From Blastocladiella emersonii ATCC 22665 (lineage: Eukaryota; Fungi; Blastocladiomycota): a stretch of 64,000 bases of DNA. Position numbers and translations under genes: made by a program. The notes under the pieces are model-generated. The model had not been told where the DNA came from, ran no database searches, and saw nothing but the letters and a program-made list of their open reading frames with translations. Positions 57,417-64,000 of this stretch are shown here, in pieces (positions within the stretch are counted from its first letter, which is position 1; each line of letters starts with the position of its first letter). Location: the NCBI GenBank assembly GCA_025594325.1, contig JANHCV010000006.1, forward strand, positions 1-64,000, written 5' to 3'.

Positions 57417-60400
57417 ATGTGGCTGCTGCCCAACGCCGTCACGGCCGCCTTCGCCGCGACCTCGGAGGCCTTCTCCAAGCTCTTTGGCGCTGGTGCCGGT
57501 GCCGGTGCCGCTGCCTCGACGGCCGTGCAAGCAGAAGCGGTACGTTGGCTTCGTGGGCAGTGTGGGATGTGCGCGTACCGAGTGGAGGCTCACTGCCATG
57601 TACCCGCTCGTTCCTCTAGGCGAATGCTGGTCCGGCTGCCGACGACGACTCGCTCGCCGATGCACTCGCAGAAGCAGCGCTCGGTGATGCAGCAGCAGTG
57701 GGTGCCGCGCCCGCCGCCGATCCGCCCGCCGCCAGCAAGCGCACCAGGGCGCAGTGCCGCAAGGACGCGAAGCGGCAGCGGCAGCGCAACCGAGAAGTAG
57801 AATCCACCTTTTCGGCGCCGCCGCTCCGCGTCAACCAGGGCCGCGGCCGTACCGACTCGGCGGCCGACCTCTCCCCCGTGCCTGATCCGCCCGCTGCCGC
57901 CGCTGCCGCTCCCGCCGCCGCATCGTCGTCGTCCTCTTCTACGCCGACGGACACGGCCCATGTCCCGGTATCGGGCGGGATCCTCGGGGTTCTCGCGTAC
58001 ATCAACCACCTGTCGGCCGCCGTGATGCTCTCGGCCGAGTCGCTGTCGTCTACCTCCCCGCCGCTCGCCGCGTCCTCGTCGTCCTCGTCGTCCTCGCAGT
58101 TCTCGCAGTCCTCGCAGTTCTCGCAGTCCTCGCAGCACTCTCCCTCGCGTGCCCTCGAACTCGCTGCCACGTACCTCCGCGACCGACGGATCGGCGAGAG
58201 CCGCCATCGGCAAGAGTCCGCCAGCTGCGCCCTCGTGCAACTCGTGGCGCCCGAGGACCATGTCTGCGCCGTCATGGGGCTCGCCAAATGGGCCATCGGC
58301 ACGGTGCGGTCGCCCGTGTTCGCGCGCTTCGTCGAGTCTGCCGCCAAGGCCGCCGATGCCGACGCCGACGCCGACTGCGATGAGGCCATGCAGGTCGACT
58401 CGGACTCGTACTCGCGCTCGTACTCGGGCAGCTGCGAGGGCACCACGCTCGCCGCCGCCGCCGCCGCGCCCGACGACGACGCCCTGCTGCGGGACCTCGC
58501 CAACACGGCGCTCGCGACGCTCCTGCGCCTGCTGACCATCGCCACCGCCGGCGGGGTCACGACGGGCGCCACGGCGTGGGCCGATCTTCATCCCGACGCC
58601 AAGGCCGCCCATGTCCATCTCCTCGACGCGCTGCTGCTCGCGACCGACGGCGTGGTCTCGTGGTACCTCAGCACCGTCAAGCGGTCGTGGGACGCGTGGC
58701 TGGCGCTCGTCAACCTGGGCGACCACCCCGTCGCCAAGCTGTGCTGGGCAGCCGACCCGACCAAGGGCGCCATGACCGGGTACCAGTTCCTCCGCGTGCT
58801 CGCGCTCACGTCGCGGAACCTGCCCGCCCTCGCCCGCTTCGCCCGCCTCGCCGACCCGTTCCAAGAACCCGCCGCCGCCGACAGCCTGCCCCGCCCCTCG
58901 TACCGCCCCCACCCCAACTTCAAGGAGCTCGTCAAGGAGATTTTCGTGCTCGGCCCCGTCTGCGAGTGGACCTCCGCGTGCAGACCCAAGGCGTCGGCAT
59001 CGCCGTCGACGGCCAAGGCCGTCATCGAGGAGGAGCAGCAGCAGGCCCGTGTGGTCCTCGCCGAGCTCGTGCAGCAGGACTGGGCCGCGGCGCTGTGGGA
59101 CCACGAGCGCTTCGACGCGGCGCTGTCGGGCGAGGTGGACCTGCTGCGCGTCATCTCGAACGTGCGCCCGGCCGCGCGCAACCTGGTGTTCGGCGCGCAC
59201 TCGTGGGCGGCCCTTGGCTTCTCGTACGTCCCGCACGACAACCTCAAGCTGTTCCGCGACCTGATGCTCGAGCAGAAGACGCAGTCCAAGGCATCCGCGC
59301 AGTGGTTCCGTAGTCTCGGCGAGGGTACGCTTTCCCCTATTACTGCCCGCCCCGATCCCGATCCCGTCACTCAGCCCCTGCTAACCGCTCGCGTCTCTCT
59401 CTCTCTCCCCAAACCGACTACTTCTCCTACTACTAGTGATCGTGCGCAGCATGATCTTTTCCACGAGGAAAAAGGGACCGCAGCACCTTCACGTTGCAGT
59501 CGCGCGCGTTCGCGACCTGGTCCAGGGCGACTGCGAGTTTGGCCAGGTGCTCGACGAGTGCCGCGCCGTGCTCTTTGATGGGTTCGACGCGCACATTGAC
59601 TACTACCTGCAGATCCAGACGGACCGGCAGTCAGCGGCGCCGTGCTGCCAGGAGCAGCAGCAGCAGCAGAAACGGCAACAGAAGCAGCAACACGACCACT
59701 CGGCGGCCGCCGCGGTCCAGGCCCCGCCGCTCGGGTCGCTCGCCCAAATTCTCGCGGGTGACGCGGCCGCCGGCGTACCCGAAGAACGACGGGCTGCGCC
59801 GCGGGACCTCATTGCCGTCGTGCTGCGGCTACTGCTCAGCAGCAAGCGCATCCGCGACGCGGGTCCCACGTCGTCCATGAGCGAGCAGGACCGGCTCGCT
59901 GCCGGCCGCCTCCACGCCCATCTCAAGTCGACGCTGCGCGACCCGTACGTCGCGCGGCTGACCTGCGCGGCCCTCGGCATGGCGCTGCCGACCGTGGGGC
60001 ACAAGCTGACGGCGGTGGTCAAGGCGATCGCGCAGAGCGGCGAGGTCGAGACCCTCGTCTCGGGGATGCTCGCGGTCCTGTTCGGCGGCGGTTCCACCGA
60101 GATCAGCCTCGAGCCCGTCCGCCATCTCGCGCCGATCGGGCCCAACAACGCCGAGGACACGGGCGGCTGCCCGCTCGTCCCGCCGTGCCCGCTGCAGCAC
60201 CGGCGCGGGTGGCGGCAGACGCTCGAGGCCATGCTGTGGGCCGCCGTCCTCGACTCGGGCGTGCTGTCGGACCAGCTGGGGTCGTCGTCGTCGTCGTTGT
60301 TGTCGGCTTCTACTTTGTCGATCAAGGACGGCATCCGCATGTACCTCCTCGCCGTGCAGAAATACTCGCCGCCGACCCTGATCCAGATCGGAGCGGTGGT

Positions 60401-60968
60401 GGCCAGGGCGGCAGCGACGTGCACGGATCACGGCGGGCACGGCTACCTCGCCCATTGCCCCTACGGTCCCGCTCACGCGGCGGCGCTGTCCGAGCGCGGC
60501 TGCTGCTGCGACGACAACCCGAGGCTCACCATGGCCGCCAAGCTGTGTGCCGTGGCGCCCAACATGATCGCGGGTCTCTTTGCTGAGCCCAAGCCCAACC
60601 GCAAGCGCGACCACGACGGCAACATTGGCGGCGAGGGCTTCGGCAACGGCGACGCCGCCTCGGGCCCGCCGCAGGTGGTGCTCGACATTCTCGCCGAGAT
60701 TGCCGCGTACTGTCGTCGCAGGGCCCCGCCCGCCGCGCCCGCGTCCTTGTCCGCATCGGGATCCTTGTTGTCGTTGTCAAGCCGCTCGCTCCCTCCCAAC
60801 CCCATCTCCTCCTCGCGACTCCACCCGCTCTACCCGCGCCACCGCCCGCCTCCCTACCCCTGTCCGCTGCGCGCGGCGCCTACTGCGCACCTATCAAGCT
60901 CGTCATCTCCCTCAACGCGTGCGGCGGCCTTGGCGCTCTTCCTTCCTCCGCCCCTGCCTCTCGACTAG
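57417..60968 (+). CDS. Large hypothetical helical protein, ~3 exons
   Basis: ORFs 57417, 57698 and 59436 are linked by GTACGT/GTTCCG or GTACGC donors, GCTAAC branch points and TAG acceptors. Codon use is GC3-biased. No family was recognised. Confidence 0.6.
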
Positions 60969-61899
60969 TCCGACCACTGGATCCGGCGGCGTCCGTAGGG
61001 CAGCGTTTGGGGCTCGCCCGCTCACCCTGTGCATCGCGCGCCGTCCCTTCCCTCCCCACAAACCCAACCTCGACCTTGCATCAACCCATATCATCGCGTG
61101 AATACCTCCTACACCCCCACCACTACCCTCTCAACACTGGCAATACAAACCCACCTAGGATTTCTAGCAAACGTTGCCCATCATCGACTGCGATGTGTGA
61201 ACGCCAGCCCGGGCACCCCCGCCGGGCCGCACAATCGGATAGTGTACATGCCGCAGCACGATTGGTTCTGATCTTCTTCTCGCCTTGCAATCAAGCAGCA
61301 GCAGCAGCCCAGGCCGGATTCGTGATGATCAGGGAAGCGTTTCGCTGACGCGAGCGGTGGTGGAGCGGTGGTGGTGGCGCAGCAAGATCACGCCGCCCGC
61401 TTTTTCTCCCTCTGCTGGCCCCGATTCGCTCGCTCGTCCCATGAAACGCTTCTAACCTCGATGCGTCGACTTTTGGTAATGCCAACGCTGCCGTCAAGCG
61501 CAACGTCGTCGTCGAGTCGGCTCAACCGATCCGCGCGCCATTGCCGAGGCCGAGGTGACCAACTCTGCGTCGCGTCGCCCTCGCCCGCCATCGTTCCCGG
61601 CGTCTGTCGAGCTCTTTGGATTGCTCGTCATCATCGACTTAGGGATCCTCGCCGCATTCTCCGCTGCATCGACTGAACAGCTCGCCTAGGCCGTGACCTT
61701 GAGAACCGTCCCCGCCTCCGCCACCAAGCGCGCGCCAACCTGCGCCGTACCCGTCACCGCCATCACCAAGGCCCTTGTATTGACGTTCGAGCTGCACGAC
61801 TCGGACCAGGCCGTCAAGGCCGAGAAGCAGAATCGTGTCAAGACCGTGTGAGGTACGCATTTTTGGTCAAGATTGACTGACTGCCATCCGCGCGCACAA

Positions 61900-64000
61900 A
61901 CTGACCGCTGTTTGTGTCGTGTAGCATTTCAGAGAGCCCCGGAGAGTTCCACCGCCAAGATCGACGACTTGCAGGACGATCGTGCAGCCAAGTCGTCGCC
62001 CGCCATCATCGACTCAAACTACGGCCGTTTTGCACCAGCAACAGGCTGAGCCCGCCGCCACGCAGGTTGAGGGCCGCGTCGTGGTCGGCCTCATCGAGCC
62101 TGGCGCCTGTCCCCGCCAACTCGGCCTGCTGTTTGGCCGCCTTCGCCCATCAAGGCGTCAACGTCGCTGGGCTTCTCTCTATGGGCCTTCACACTGCGGC
62201 TCCGCTCGACAAGGCGGCTGCAAGCAACGTCGACATCATCATCAAGTTCGGGTCGTCGCCCGCCGTGGTCATGAACGACCAGCGCGCGATTCATTCGCTC
62301 CGAAATGCAGCCAGGGATTATGCTAAGCTGACGTCTACTCGATAGGACTACGTCGGACGCGATTGACTCTGTGAGCGAGCACAAGGTCGTATGATAGCGA
62401 TAAAGCTGGCGGGCGCAGGTTTCTTTCGACCTCGGCCTTCTCGTGCATGGCCGCCCTCCAGGCCGCCTCCTCGAGCGAGCTGTCGCGGCGGTGCGAGACG
62501 CGTTGCGCAATCGCGTGCCAGAGGGCGCCAGATCTGCCTGCCCCTCTCTCCTGCCCTCTCTCCATCCCCTGTTCGAACACACCACGCTCGAAACCCTACC
62601 CATGGACTTGATGCAATCTCATGAATACAGCTCGGGTAACATCGAGCTCGCTTGGCTCGGCTTACCGCAGGTAGAAGTGTGAACGCCGCCCTGCAGCTGG
62701 CCGAGCCGCGGTTCCCAAGCGCGTCCGCTTCAACTTTTGTTCACGCCACGGCCTGAGGTGGAAGTATCACTCGGCGCTCGTGGTTTTTCATCATAGCTGG
62801 CCGGTTTCTTGCGCATCCCACCCGCACTCCCCGCTACATCCGCGCCCCGCTCAAGAACTCCCTGTCGCGCCTCGTCCTCCCGGACGTCAACCCAACTTTT
62901 GGCGCAGAACCCGGATCTTACTGTATTTTTATGTGGAACTACAGGCTCGCTCCACCACCGGTTCCGCTGTTGCTTGAACTCGCTTTGCACCTGTGTCGCT
63001 GTATTCGCCTTGGCGACTTGGGGGCCGTCAAATTTACCCCAAGATCTGGAACGGTCGTTGTCTGCGGATGGACGGAATCTATTGTGTCAAGTTCTCAGTT
63101 CTCGACCTAATCGCTTTCGTATGCCATCAGCTCCTTGACGCGTGCAGTCACTGCCTTCCTGGCCCGGCCCAGTCTGGTTTGCTGATTGCGGCCCTCTTCT
63201 ACCTTGCCGTCTCGCGGTGGAAGTCTGCAAGCTATTCTTTTTGCGTTGCTTAGCAAGCCTTGGTATGCAGTTTACACGCCAGCACTTGAAGCTGTGCATT
63301 GCGCCAACGGTCCGTTGGAATTCGCCCTCCAAGGATCGCCAGTCCATCACGCTCCAACGAACTCCACGGATATGTGTCTTGTTTCCTCAGGCACAACTCG
63401 CAAATGTTGAACCAGGTACGCAGCGCCTGTGTGCAGGCGGCCGTGGATATACACATGAATGAGGCCTTTTTGCCGCTACTTGCCCGGTTCTCCAACCCGG
63501 TCGCGGCTGGTATTCCGTCTTGAAACGATATCGGGGGCGTATGCCTCAACGTATTGTGTTTTCCCAAATCGGACAAAGGCGACTGCGAGCCCTTCGACCA
63601 GCTTGGCGAGAGAGTCCGTCTCTTCCGTTGCAGACGGTCGTTTGCGGGTCAGCCCGCCTGGCGCATTCCTTTCCTCGCGCTTATGGACGTGAGTACCAGC
63701 AAGTCTCAGCACTACAAGTACCTCGTGCCGCCGTCCGGGATGGCTTCGTGCTACAATGCGAGCACGTTGAAGTTGGCAAAAACGATGATACTGGCTGGCA
63801 GTACACTTGCGACCGCCTCAGCTTGGATCAGCTTGTAAGCCGGGTCCTTTTCTTGGGTGATTCGTGTGAGATGTTCCGTTCGGTTCCGCGACCTGCAGGA
63901 TGAGGTAGAGGCGAAGGAGAAAACACTTTCCCTCCGCTGAACTGCAGATCCACGTTGAGCGACGTGACAACGTTACCTTCACGCTCGGCGGATCGGAACC
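61900..64000. other. Lower-GC region with fragmented, stop-interrupted coding-like remnants (decayed gene or element)
   Basis: GC is visibly lower (a sampled line at 63001 was 55%). Only short ORFs are present, with scattered intron-like signals and no recognisable intact gene. Confidence 0.35.

Noticed and set aside
62100-62345. Cytochrome P450 N-terminal fragment (RWASLYGP; IKFGSSPAVVMND)
   Set aside because: The motifs are in different frames, and no I-helix, ExxR or heme-Cys motif follows. This is too weak to call.
1-64000. tRNA, rRNA or snRNA genes
   Set aside because: No cloverleaf, A/B-box or rRNA-like sequence was recognised by eye. A covariance-model scan (tRNAscan-SE, Infernal) would be needed to exclude them.

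Overview
This is GC-rich, intron-containing eukaryotic DNA with short GT-AG introns (GTACGC/GTGCGT/GTACGT donors, GCTGAC/GCTAAC branch points). The gene content (RJL GTPase, Integrator subunit 2, prominin-like protein, secreted tyrosinase, fungal-type isocitrate lyase, subtilisin and I9 inhibitors) points to an early-diverging, probably zoosporic, fungus; this is inference and no species is claimed. About 23 distinct genes are present. The dominant structure is a near-perfect ~10.1-kb inverted duplication (4790-14896 versus 23718-33839) around a unique 8.8-kb spacer. The left arm is the source, because both its ends run on into intact genes. The right arm is the derived copy: it is inserted into a decayed gene that rejoins in frame when the arm is removed, it has an 8-bp hairpin at one junction and a 15-nt tandem duplication at the other, it duplicates TCP11 completely, it truncates the prominin copy, and it gives the INTS2 copy a new in-frame ATG. 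An assembly artefact cannot be excluded without reads. Gene identities come from remembered family motifs, not database searches, and exon boundaries were called by eye.
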